This document shows, piece by piece, positions 10,901 to 23,515 of a DNA stretch of 64,000 nt. This DNA comes from Azolla caroliniana (taxonomy: Eukaryota; Plantae; Polypodiophyta), in contig JBHGNT010000009.1 of assembly GCA_043228905.1 (NCBI GenBank), forward strand, positions 6,634,001-6,698,000, read 5' to 3'. Position 1 is the stretch's first letter. Each line of letters begins with the position of its first letter. The notes beneath the pieces are model-generated. The model did no database searches. It saw nothing but the letters and a program-made list of their open reading frames with translations, and had not been told where the DNA came from. Position numbers and translations under genes: made by a program.

Positions 10901-12429
10901 CATGTAGATACAATATACCGAATTGAGGACAAAAGCACCGAATTTGCAACAACTACACGTCCTGCTAAGGACAACTTTTCCTTAATCCAGTATATTAACT
11001 TCTTTCTTAATCTTAACAACAAGGGCGCTATCATATCTTCTGCATTTAATCCCAAACCCACTCTACATCCTAGATACCTAATAGAATGACTTGTATTTAT
11101 CCATGTAAATCTTGAAGTAAATACATTAATTGGCGGATCTCCCTCAACCACCCAAAAACCTGATGATTTATCCCAATTAACCAATGCACTCGATGCATGT
11201 GAAAAGTCATCCATAGCTTTTTGAACCTGCAACAAATTAAGTTGTGAGACTTGAACATAGAGAGTTGTATCATCAACAAACTCACTATCCATACCAACAT
11301 TTGCAAATGGTAGTGCTAAACCTTTGATATTTACATTATGAGAATTTAAATGTACAGAAAACGCTTCAGAAACTAGTAGAAACAGAAAAGGAGCAAGTGG
11401 ACATCCCTGTCTTACAGATCTTGAAATAGAGAAACGCCTACCAACATCCCCTACAAATAGAATAGAGTTGTGTGCATTACGATATAATGTCGAAACTCTT
11501 CGGATCCATCTGTTCGGAAAACCCATCCTAAGCGAAGTAACCTCCATAAAATCCCAATCCACTCTGTCATAAGCTTTCTCAAAATCAAGAAATAACTCTG
11601 CCAAATCTTGCTTATGTAGTTTTGCGAAGGCAACCATTTCCCAAAAAAGAATAATATTATCAAAAATACTCTGTTCTTGCATAAAACCAATTTGGGAAAC
11701 ATGAATTAACTCAAAAAGATAAGGTTGTAGACGTCTAGCTATCGTTTTTCCTAATATCTTATAGATAACATTCAACAAAGTAATTGGTCTCCAATTTTGA
11801 AGCTCCTCTAACTGACCACTTGATTTGGGAATCATATATGTTAACCCCTCATTCCAATCTTGTGGCATATTTCCATAATCTAAAATCTGTTGATAAGCTT
11901 TGGTTAGTCCCTCACCTATCAAATCCCAATACTTTATATACCATTGAACCCCCAACCCATCCAATCCAGGACAAACATTCTTTGCTAGGGTCTTTGCCGC
12001 TTTCAGAGTCTCTTGAGGGTTTAATTGTTTCTAAAGACATTATGAAAGTTGTATAGATACTCTACTTTGAATCCTTGACCATACAATATCCTATTTAAAC
12101 AAATCATCTCTAGAAAAGGATCTAGCCTTCAGCAAATTTTAATAATAATTCGAGGCTATTTGACACATCTAACTAGGATCAGCGGTATAAGAGCCATCAT
12201 GACATTTTAAACAAGAAATCCTAGCAATCGGCTTATGATGATTATGCATTGCAAAGAACGGTTTATTGACTTTATCTCCCGACTCTACCCATTCAGAAAG
12301 TATATTATGATAAGTAAAATCAACTAAAACCTTTTGTAATTCCAAAATCTGATTCCCTACTTGTATCCCTCTAGAGCTGATATAAGTCGAATATGGCCTT
12401 CTCTCTTGCAGATGCAGCAAGGACCGCAA
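7923..12429 (-). pseudogene. L1 ORF2 (RT + zf-RVT) disrupted by frameshifts, stops and a solo LTR
   Basis: ORF-track pieces 12169-12429, 10873-11964, 10300-10500, 8306-8809, 8118-8309 and 7923-8111. The reading DQRNTLS continues as NLRGANIMFSQV across the 9170-10307 insertion. Confidence 0.85.
9170..10307. mobile_element. Solo LTR (1138 bp) with 4-bp TSD ACGT
   Basis: Starts TGTCATGAAGAT and ends ATCTTCACGACA (imperfect 12-bp inverted termini, TG...CA). ACGT lies at 9166-9169 and 10308-10311, and TATAAAAG at ~9993. Removing it restores the L1 frame. Confidence 0.82.
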
Positions 12430-12571
12430 TCCCCTACAAAGTCTTCCTATTAAATTAATAAAAGATGCATGAAATACTTGTTTAGCCTTATAGTGAAAGA
12501 ATTGTTGTATTTCAATAATAGCCTTCTGAACAATAGATAAAGTGAAATCATAAGATTAATCATAAGAATTA

Positions 12572-13330
12572 TTGTGTATCACTTTATTCCGTTTTCTTGA
12601 GCAATTAAAGTTTTATCGGTCTCATGGTCATACCTAAGAGGAGGTAGGTTATTAATGTCTAGGTTATTTGTGAAAGCCAAGTTACCACAATACTATACTA
12701 AGAGCTAGTATCTCCGAACTCATAGAATAATCTATATGCCTCGAAAGTTTGATGGGATGTTCTATTTTGTGATTGGCTATGTATCTTATTAATAAAAACA
12801 ACTACTTGAAAAAACACTTCTGCTAGCATAGGGGGTAAATTGAACTCAGATCTAATGATTTCATATGGCACTATTGATTTGCTTCAGATTTGATATGATA
12901 GAATTGTGACCAATGGTCTCATTAATTGTGATCACATGAGAAGTGGTAGCCCTAGAGCCCAAACCACCACTGCATACATGAGGGAAGGGGTTACTAATGA
13001 TTTGAAGAGCCACCCCTTTGTTTGTGGCTCTTGGAAGTATGCATGATGGCATTGTCTCTCTAAGAGGGAGAGGGTATCCTCCTTGTTAATCTATTTTTTG
13101 ATGTTTGTGTCATAAAAAATTTACCTAAGCGAGCACTAAACACGACTCCACGATATATATATATATATATATGATCTAACTACCTCAAATTTATTAGAGA
13201 GCATTAGGTGACATTTAGTCTTAATGTCTCCATATAATTGGTGAGTTCCGCTTCCATCAATGCACCATATAATTTAGCGAGCATATGGCCAATCATAATA
13301 GTCCTAGATGTATTCGGGTCCACTAGGTCC
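12572..13330 (-). mobile_element. RTE-like LINE, upstream part of the copy split by the L1
   Basis: Collinear with 53050-53780 (GGAGGTAGGTTATTAATGTCT, TGGCATTGTCTCTCTAAGAG, GCGAGCACTAAA). Confidence 0.85.
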
Positions 13331-14935
13331 CCTCTATGTATAGGGGTCACTATGTTCATGGTCCAATGTGGTGGAATACCTTTGCAAGGGCATAGTTAAA
13401 AAGTAGAGTGAGAAAAGGAGATAGGCACTCTTGAGTGTATATGATGTGCTCAAACTTGCAATGTTGTGTGATCTAGAATTTCTATGTTGTAATTTCTTTA
13501 TGAACTTAGTGACTATCGAAGGCAGGAAAAACATCCCCATTATGAGTCAAGGTGTAGAAGCATAGGGAGGTGTAGAAGGCATAAGACATGGTGACATGAA
13601 AGTTAATAAATATTGATGCTTTCAAGAAAAAACCTTATGTGCCAAATGACATGGTGACATGAAAGGATTGCATGCTTTAGGTGCTCTCTTATAGACATTT
13701 TCCTTTGTATAGAGGGTGAGAGACATCTACTCCCTTAAGGCACCATAATATCTAGTAAAGTAAAAAAGCCCTAAAAAAGGGAGAAGTACATCGATGATGC
13801 AATGGTTAGGACACACCATTTATTCGTTGAGCAAGAGCATATAATGTTCTATGGCAAAACAAATCCAGTATGGATACACCCATGGCAAGGTCCATTGTGA
13901 GCCCTCTTTTTCTACTAATATAATGTATGCATTGTTGGATACATGCTAGCTACTTAGAGATTAGCATGTTATCACATTCATATACAATAATGTGATTCAT
14001 TTTCTTCCACCTTGTATTTTGTAAGCATCTACCTCATGTAGAGACAAAACATATCGAGATAATGGGCAACGTTTCTTGGGATATTATATGCTATAAATAA
14101 ACTTAGTCATGATATTGTGGTGTTGATTATCAAATGGTATCATCAAGAACTCTAAGAAAGGCCTTTTTGAATTATTATACCTTGATTTGTGTCTATGGGA
14201 GACAATGATACAATACATTGGTCATTGATCACAGACTTTTTGCATCTTACATGGATATTAGCCTAATGAGGGAAGAATGTCACAAATTTCTTTTTAGATT
14301 TTGCATGTCGTATATTGGTTCATTGTGGTGCTCCCATCAAAGCAACAATTGTTATTGCTATTGAATTTTTCAAGTGATTATTTTTATTGTTTATGATTAT
14401 TTTTGTATTACTATATATATTATAGATCCTAAACCGCCTTAGGTTTTGGAACAAAAAATGTTTTCTATTAAAATCAGCCATACATAAAAAAAAGCTTAAT
14501 AAAACACCGAAATTATGTGTAACTCACAATGTTATATCTTGTCTCCCCTTAGAGACATTTTATGAAAGGTGATGGAACTAACAACAATCTATAAATAGGA
14601 TTAAGGGATATAAATATCATGTGGCCAAGATAAGTATAATTCTTTTCAGCTGCCTAAAGGTCTTCCAAGATTGGGTACGCCCCCCTGAGGAATTGATCAT
14701 GGATATCTAGTTCACGATTATCAACGGCCTTCATGGGCAATTGGATGAAGTTTGCGGCCACTCCAACAATGTGGTCATTACCTGTTTGTGCTTCTGGCAA
14801 AACACACAAATTTTGACGGAAGGGGAAAACGGCCTGAGGTGGAACTACGAGCCCCATGCTGGTTGTTTCCTACTCTTCTCCCACCCTCCCTTCATTGTAG
14901 GCCACAAGATTCGGCTTGTACTAGCTAGTGCTGAA

Positions 14936-15320
14936 TGTCACGGACACACCAACCGCGGGCTCGAATGGAGAACGGATGATGGAGCTAAGAGCGTGGAACT
15001 TAAGAAGCTAGGAACGGCACAAGAGCATGAAGACAGAGATGAAGAACGAGACGAGATGGACTGGAACAAAAATACTAGATTGATGTGTCAATGACTGGTG
15101 TTGAATCCCTTGAAAAGGACCAAGGAGGTTACAAGTATTTATACAAGTTCCGAGATTGAATATCTCTAAAATATACCCTTCTAGAATATACCGTACAATA
15201 TTTCTAGAATATACTAACAACGAGAATATTTTGATTCTGAAATGTATTATCTGCTAGACTATACAATACTAAACTATTATATATAAATACATGTTGATAT
15301 CAAAAGGGTTCAGCATGACA
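14936..15320. mobile_element. LTR-like segment (TGTCA...TGACA) with adjacent GC-richer sequence 14650-14935
   Basis: Inverted TGTCA/TGACA termini and TATA-like boxes; no TSD found. Confidence 0.4.
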
Positions 15321-15878
15321 TTTGGTTGATGTGAGGTTACAGGTTCAATCCTCACCAATTATGTATTTGGTGTCGGGTTAAAGCAAGCTACGATGTACAA
15401 ACTTTTAGCCAAAATTTTAGTACTAATTCGATGAGGAGGAAAAACTTTAAAATGTGAAAATAATCCAATATTTGGGCCTAAAAAGTTGATCATTACTTGT
15501 GTTAATTTAAATTAAAAGGCACACTCAATGAGTTTTGGATTTCAAATATGAAAAAACATTGCACATCCTTCCACTGTTATGTCTGTGTCCAAGTGTCCCT
15601 CTTGAGTCAATTCATTTGAGGTTGTCGATTCACAATCCTAGGTAATGTTGTGTGTCGTCAGTCAATCATTCAATTAGTCAGTTAGTCTCTCTCCCACTCA
15701 CTCACTCTCTCTCTCTCTCTCTCTCTCTTGCCTCAGCGGTTCATTTTGAAGTGTCAGTTAATCAGTTAAACTCTCTCTCTCGGCCAATTTTGGCCTTAAA
15801 AGATTTTAATATATCTTTCTTTCTTTCTCTCTCTCTCTCTCTACACCCTCCTCCTCCTTGAGACAGGATCGCTTCTAG

Positions 15879-16342
15879 CAATGGGCGCGGTTTGGTTTCT
15901 TGGCCTTGAAACCAAACCAAACCATTTTTTTATATTAAAAACCAAACCAAACTATTTAAATTTTATGAAGCCATTTAAACTGAACCGTTTAGAGCCGAAC
16001 CGTTTATGAAAAAATTAGAACCAAACCAAATCGGTTTATCATAAATCAAAACCAAACCAAACCTATAAACCTTTAAACCTTCAAAAATTGTAAACCTTTA
16101 AGCCTTTAAACCAAACCACATAAGCCAAAACCGCTAAACCGTGAAATTCAAAACCGAACCGAACCAAAACCGATAAGCTGCTAAACCGCTAAACCATGAA
16201 ATTCAAAACCGAACTGAACTGAAACCAAACCGGATCATAATATTTGAAACCAAACCAAACGGTTTACTTATCTTTGAACCAATAAACCGTTAAGCCATAG
16301 CTTAACGATTCGGTTCGGTTTGAGCCGAAACTGTGCCCATTG
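15879..16342. mobile_element. MITE-like non-autonomous DNA transposon (hAT-like ends), AAACC/AACCG-rich
   Basis: TIR CAATGGGCGCGGTTT ... AAACTGTGCCCATTG (13/15 match) and dense internal AAACC(G) motifs; TSD not evident. Confidence 0.75.
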
Positions 16343-16349
16343 AGATCAT

Positions 16350-16835
16350 AACCATGGAAATGGTTGTTGAATACATGCTTACGGGTTCAAAGAAGTCCCT
16401 CATATCGACTTCCTAGAATTGCATGGGAAGCAAGCAAAAAGATCCAAAAGATGCATAAAAGCAAAATTTTATGTTCCGGTTGGATGCAAGATATAGAAAA
16501 ATGGTTTGGTAGATGGGATGCAAAACACTTGCTTCATGATGCATCACTAGATTCCTCAGTAAATGAGGCCTTTTTGCAACGCCAATGTATCATGACATGG
16601 GACAAATATGGAGGTTGACGCTTCACACATTATACTACACATGTTGCACCTAACTACAAAAACCATATTCTTCGCGGAACGGGGAAACCGTACACATCGA
16701 TACATGTTAGAGCCCATCCCGTTATCTGCCATTCGAACCATTGCTTCCATGCGATTTAGCTCACATGCATTGCGCTGTGAGACGGGGCGTTGGGGCACAA
16801 GTGATGAGAGTGGCCGGCAATGCACACTTCGCCCT
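16350..16835 (+). mobile_element. LINE (RTE-like) ORF C-terminal fragment
   Basis: IRTIASMRFSSHALRCETGRW...CTL resembles [17 protein letters not shown]...CQLC at 50523-51434; a related piece lies at 25620-25800. Confidence 0.7.
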
Positions 16836-16995
16836 AAATTGAAATGACTTTTTATTATTTAATATATTGCTACATACATTCTTCAAATAATCCAAAGCCA
16901 AGTGTAGACCAACAAAGAATATGTATTGCGAAAAACAAGTGAAGCTAAACATCAAGGAATGACAAACAAGAACAAAAATAAATTGAAGAGGTTGA

Positions 16996-18144
16996 TTATG
17001 CGACAGTGGAATGGTGAGGTTGTGAAACATTGTCCAACGAGAAGACACTAGCTCCAATGGACAACAAGTACAAAAGTTGTGTTCCTGCAAGAGTGACCAC
17101 AGCAGCCTCCAACACTTTCTGCAACAATGAGATAAATCATTAATATCAATCAAGAAAACATATTTGTCATGACTCATGATTATTCTTCCATAAAAAAGAG
17201 ATTGATTTAAGCAAATTCTTTGGTGGTTGTCCTTACCAATCTCTTGAATCGAATGTGCCCACCATGAATTTCCTTGCATGCCAACCTAAAGCCAACAAGT
17301 GATGTTAAACCTTGATGGTCAAGTGACTTGGAGTTGTTGATGATACTCCATATGTTATGGATTTGTCCACAAACTATGGAAATTTTAAGCATTTCATCTC
17401 ACATTGAGGTCTCAATATTATGTGGGAGAGTGGATGAGGTTAAATATTAACTATGGGAGTGAATGACATCAAAGAATCCATTTTTACTAACAATGAGTGA
17501 AAAGTTAGTTTTGGATGTAAAGAACACATTAGTTTTGAATGCTATTAATTCCCATGACATCAAGTATGAATCATAGGACCAAGAAGAGGCACAAACAAGC
17601 TAATTTGTGAAGAAATATGAGCTCTCACCCCATAGCAAGAAGTGTAAGAAGCCATGCAATGTAGGCGGAGGCTATGGATCCTGTCAAACTGTGTTCCTTC
17701 CAAGCTTTAAGATGGTGAGCACCACTCAATTTTGAGGCAATCCCTACCACACTCGCAACCAATGCAAAACCCACAAAATATGGTGTTGCAGGATTGCTTG
17801 AGAGAGCTAAAATCACCATTAAATTAGTTAATATTGTTTATCTTTAGGCAAACAAAAATGGCCATGTATGTGGTTGTGCATGTGTTGAGCACACCCCCAC
17901 GTCTTTGTTATTGAACAAAATATGATTTCAAGGTGACTTATGTTTTCAACTCTTATTTGGCATCCAAACTACAATGGACAAATATTATTGCAACTTCCTA
18001 TAAATTTATTTCACCTCTCCAATTGCCTCCATGATTGATTGTTTCGTTGAGTGCCCACCCTGCAATGGTTGCAACAATTATGTAGAGAGAGAAATTGAAG
18101 AACAACAAAGGTGTTGCTATGGCACGACAAAGTGTGAATGCCAT
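16996..18144 (-). CDS. AWPM-19-like (PM19L) membrane protein, 4 exons, 159 aa
   Basis: Exons 18144-18015, 17806-17629, 17285-17237 and 17118-16996, all GT-AG, total 480 nt. Protein MAFTLCRAIATPLLFFNFSLYIIVATIAGWALN...NPATPYFVGFALVASVVGIASKLSGAHHLKAWKEHSL...WLLTLLAMGLACKEIH...KRLKVLEAAVVTLAGTQLLYLL has the typical AWPM-19 motifs. Confidence 0.9.
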
Positions 18145-21100
18145 GCTTTGTTATTGTAATGGTTATGAATTCCCTTTAGAGATAACTAGAGAAAATATAT
18201 GTACTAACTCAAAATTTCTCTAATTGGGGAATGGAGACAATTAGGCCTAGGATGACAAATGAAGTTAGAGTTAGACGAAGGAAAGAAGCTCTTGGTGTAA
18301 TTATCGGTTCATAGAATAGGGTGGCATTCCTTTGGCTATTTAATGTCACAGTTTTTGAGTTTTCAATATGGGGTTTACCAGCCTGGCATCCTTGGCTTAG
18401 GTGTGAAGATATCCTCAATTGGTGGAGCAATGACTTGTTTGCCAACTTGGAGGGTTGTCACAAATGTCATGAATGAACACTTTCTTTTCATCTATTTAGC
18501 TTTGTTGTGAAGGTTCTTTCAAACATTTACTCACTTTTAGGCTTATATTTTATGATGAAACAATTTACCACAATGGTCTTAAGGTTCTAAGATGTTGAAC
18601 TGTCCCTTTTGCTTTTGCGCTGGGGTAGATGAGCATTTTTCTCTCTACTCAATGTAGATTAAACTTCAACTTTGCAACCAAAAGTGGGTATGCCAATTCT
18701 CACACCCCAAGGCCCTCCACCGCAAAATGAGGGCACTTACATTCTTTTGGCATGTCTAAATGTAGTCAAGTTAAATTGTCATTGTCACCTCTTGATCATA
18801 TACATGTTGGCCATTGTCTTTCCTACTCAAACTCTAATTGATTAATTCTTGATAATGTTTTTTTCCAATCTATGTTTGTTGCTCACCCAAGTGGCAATGT
18901 TTAGTCCTCCTTTTGCTTTACAATGTCTTAAATTAAGTTTCCAAAAACTCACATGTAAGATTTACAAGGATGAAAGTTCTTATGTAGTTTTTCAATGAGA
19001 AAAGCAAGCAATTATTGTTGCATAAAAGGGTAGGGGATTGAATTTCGTGATAAAACATAACATAACTTATACATTCAAATTCTCCATTCATGCACACGGA
19101 TACAAAACTTATTGATAGGTGTTGAAACATTGTAATTGTGTTGTAAGACGATGATTATGCTTGCCTCTAGAGCATATTAATGTAGTCATGGACTTATCAA
19201 TCAATTCATGCAAGTACAACAAGAATTTTTGGAGAAGTGTTTCCTTGTAGTAATTGCTCCTCAACAATGTTTATGTACATAGTTTGGCAAGTTTGGCAAG
19301 TGTTTTCTTCCTTCTATTCCGTGTGGTGATACACTTTTCCTTTTATTAGTTTTCGTGTCAAGACATTTAGTCATTGAGAAGAGTTTATTAAGAAGACTTG
19401 TTCTGCAACAAATTTCCACAACGTAGCTAGAGCCTAGACCTTTTTCCATGCCATTCTTATGTCGTCTAACATGGGAGATAGTGTAGTTAGGCTTTTCTAT
19501 TGCATTATATGCACATTGCTTAAAACAATTGATGAAATGTGCGCAAGACAATTTTTGGAATTCTCATAAAGAACATCACATGGGGTAACTAAACCCTTTT
19601 GTAGACATTGATTTCAATCATGCTAAAATATCGACACAAGTTGACACCTTTACAAATTTTATACCACCTCAAATCATGGTTTGTAGTGGATCGGTACAAA
19701 TTTTATAATATGACATATTTTCACTCTGGCCCTATGTCTCACTCATTGGCATACGAAATTTATGAAATTCTACTATTTGTTTAAGGTTGTGTAAATTCTA
19801 GAGAGTTGGTGCAGAAGAGTTGGGCAAAGAGTGCATTTAACTCTAAGTAGTAAGTAGATGACAGAGTGTAAGGTTGAATTGTTCACCTTTAATTCTTGCT
19901 AGAGTGTAGCATCAAATCAAAGTAGTCTTGTTAGACATTGTATATAATGGAGACGAGCGTCTCAATATTAATAAATAAGCAATGTTAAGGTGTTTCCATC
20001 ACGCTAAGGGCCCATACATAGATTATTCATTAACTCGGTGATTGTAACAACTTAGTTCCACCAAAAAATAAGACAACTTTATACATTATACATGTTACCT
20101 ATGATGCAAAAAATATAAAGTTAGTTAATCTATGCATGTATTCATTACAAGTGTATCATTGAGACATTCTAAACAATATTCTTCAAAAAAATATGTAGTA
20201 CTTACTTTTATAAGTTATGTCATGTTTATGCTTTAGTATTAACATTTAGAGTGTTCCATGTTAACATCTATATTTGGCATTATGGTCATTTGATTTGTGT
20301 GCATATTCATGCTATGAGGAATCACATATTCGATACATGAGAAAAATACTCACATGATTTATTACATATGGATTATATTTAGGTTTATATTTAAGCAACT
20401 TGCATTTCTTGGCAAAAATATTGATAAGAACTACGTACAAAATTTATCTAAGAAAACACCAATCTTTATAGCACACATCAAATGTGTAATGTGATTAAAT
20501 CAAGGGTGATAATGGAGTGGTAGCATTAGGTTATATATGTATTTGCACTTAACACCTTAATGAGAAGATAAAACCATTTACAACAACTAACTTCCCACAT
20601 GGACTAGGAGGTACAATGATAATCTGAAAGGTTAAATAAGTAGTTCTTCTTTGAGTGACCGGAGTCCAAAATTCATTGATTCCTAGAAGGTTACATTATG
20701 CTGAACTACATGGGTAGTAATTACAATCCTTCATGTTTTGAATGACAAGCATGTAGTTACTAGTAACTATGTAGCTTACAATTGCTCATATTGTTCAACT
20801 TCTTCTCAAGTGCTCCATCTTAATCTTCATTAAGATCAAACTTCCAATCATAGAACTCAACATTTGCATTCTTTGGCTCAAACATGTTATTTTCATACGT
20901 TTGCAAATGAATGTGCATATGTTAGGAAAACAAACTTTTGTTTTTTTTTTACGTTTTTAATTTTTTTTCTCACTTTTTTACCTTAAAAAAAAGTTTTACC
21001 TTATAGTAAATAATGAATACAAAAGTATGGCATTTGCCGTACTTCGAGGGTGTTTACCATACTCAAATGATCGAAACATACTTGAATGCTAATGCATGTA

Positions 21101-23129
21101 TGGTATGTATGGTTCATACTATGATTCCAATTATTCTGTGGTCAAAATTTTCATTAAATGTATAATTTCCCATGAAAATGATTTATTTCTTTGGAGTTGA
21201 TGTACATAAACAAGCTTGTCACATTGGGAATTTCACTATGGGGGCCATGCATAACAAAGCATGAGAGTCATGACATGCCCAAGCTTATTTTCTAATATAT
21301 ATAGAGAATGTGGTTATGGTTCCAAACTTGGATTACACAAATTGACTCATTTCAAATGGCTGTATTAATTAGGGAATGTAAACTACAAAAGAATCACAAG
21401 GGCAAAATTCTCTCGTTTGGTTGGGCAGTTGACATAAAAAATGGTTCAAAAGATGCGAAGATCTCTTAGAGCTTTCAAGTGATGCTACAAAACATATAGT
21501 TATTGCGGAAAGATGAATGGAACCCTAAGGAATAAGTGGAGAGATGCTAAAAGGACAAAATTAGAATATTACATTGCAAACATCAATCTTGAATATTGGG
21601 TTCCATTTTAAGGCAAGAAGGCCTATTGATTGTATTCAACTTTATCTCATGTAAACATTCAGTTAAGTGTGCACCCACTTAATAAGTGTGACATTCTATT
21701 AAATGCGCTTATATTTTAGAGGCCAAAATCCATATAAAAAGATTTACATTGTTTTATGGAAAAATTACATCAAATTGAAACTATGTTTCTAACATTAAAA
21801 AACAATAATATCATCAACAAACATCATAAGGTATCATCAAATAATACCACAATCCTCATTACAAATGATGGGAGAAGTTGGTTGATGTGAGAAATATAGG
21901 GTATGGCTTTCAAAAGTTTACGATGCATAGCTTTCGCATATACGGATGTTCACATTGTGGACGTCCCAAGTGGTGATGAGATGATAAAGGATTGGGAGAT
22001 TCTCACTTATTCAAACTTGACCCTTCTCATGATTGTTGGGATTCAAAGATCCTTGACGACCCAAGGTCCGCGAAGCTAGTTGGTATCAAGGTACGAATGG
22101 TCACAATGGAGAACCTCATAACCACAAACACAATTTTCTGGAGTGTGAGATTCTTCAAGATTGGGATCTTGCTATCGAATGAAGAGAATTCCGTAACTAA
22201 TCATATGAGGAAAGAAAGCAACATTTGCCAATCATCTCCATATTGGTGAGATACGTTGTTGATGGTGATGAAATTGAGGGAAATAGATGAGGTCATTGCC
22301 ATGACAAATAATGGTACTAATGACGCACCCACAATCCGAGAAGTGGATGACAGTCTTGCCACCTACATCAATCCACAAAAGTTGCAAACGAGAGTTCAAC
22401 ATCATGGTTCTAGAGGACAATTTCATCCAATGGACAATGGGATCTATGAATTTTTTGCAACATACAAAAAAACATCCAATTATAATTGATTGTGAATGTT
22501 GTAGCACTCTCCATCAACTTTGTGGCAGTGGTATCATTAAAGGGGGTGCCATTGGCTATCATTCAACTACTATGCGTGAATCTGATGAATTTATTACAAC
22601 ATTAGGTAGGTGTCATTGGCAATGAGGCCGATGGTTTTATTGCAACATACAAAAATTCATCCAATTTCAATTGATTGTGAATGTCGCAACACTCTCCATA
22701 AACTTTGTGGTTGTCCAATGATTCATTAGAGGAGGTGCCATTGACTCTCCTCCAACTATTGTGGGTAAATTTGATCAAGCATACACAGGGAACCATAAAA
22801 TTTGTGGTTGTTGTATCATTAGATGGGCGCCATTGACTATCACCCAACAGTTGTGGGTGAATCTAATCATGGATATATTGGGAAATCTCGCTATGATGCA
22901 ACCCACTTATGACATGTTGGACGTGCCTCTAATTAGGCAAAAAGAGCCCCTCATCTCCAATGTTAGAATTGCAATTAGTTTATCACTAAGCTAGATGATC
23001 ACTTTTTGTTATGAGGGAGAAACATTTTCCAAAAAATTAATCTCACAAAAAATCCTACATGCGTAGCTCGGTTAAGTGCACACTTGACTGAATGTTTATT
23101 GTACTAATATGAATATTAACTCTCGTAGA

Positions 23130-23515
23130 GTCCTAACTCTCCTTAGCACTTGATCACACATCCTAGGTATTGAAGTTGCATTATGGCATCAAAATCAACC
23201 AAATATAAAGACATGTAAGGTATGCAATGAAGGTTTGGTAGAGGACGAGTATCACTTGTTTTTTACATGCTCTACATATAATGCAATTCGTGAAAGCTAT
23301 GATGCTATATTAAGCGGTGATGATCACTTGGGTGTCACACTAAAGACAACACTTCGACGGGTGAGCTCATATGGTATACCTTATTCACACATCGAGACTT
23401 GGTGCTTCAAAGTATGAATATTCCTTCTTAGGAAGGAGACACACATCAAGAAAATATTTGTATTTAGGTCCCATGGGTCAATATTAGCCTCTCTATGGAC
23501 ATTATATATATATAA
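23130..23515 (+). mobile_element. Degenerate RTE-like LINE 3' fragment
   Basis: CKVCNEGLVEDEYHLFFTCSTYNAIR matches the C-terminal CxxC...EDEYH...C motif of the other LINE copies. Confidence 0.7.

Larger units (their letters stand above)
5869..12571 (-). mobile_element. 5'-truncated L1-clade LINE with long 3' region; TSD TTGTGTATCACTTTATT
   Basis: The 17-mer occurs at 5852-5868 and 12572-12588, with an A-rich tail (T-rich on +) at 5869-5883. ORF2 remnants: RT 10873-11964 (WRPITLLNVIYKI, LDFEKAYDRV, RQGCPLAP, FVDD, RYLG) and zf-RVT 8306-8809 (CVMCGFVVETLHHVFWEC). Confidence 0.9.

Noticed and set aside
18400-19700. Possible Mutator/SWIM-type transposase remnants here and at ~24000-25270
   Set aside because: Only scattered Cys/His-rich peptides with many stops and no TIRs; I could not support a family call without a search.
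21850-23000. Short ORFs and local duplications
   Set aside because: Looks like decayed TE sequence with no recognisable domain or boundaries.
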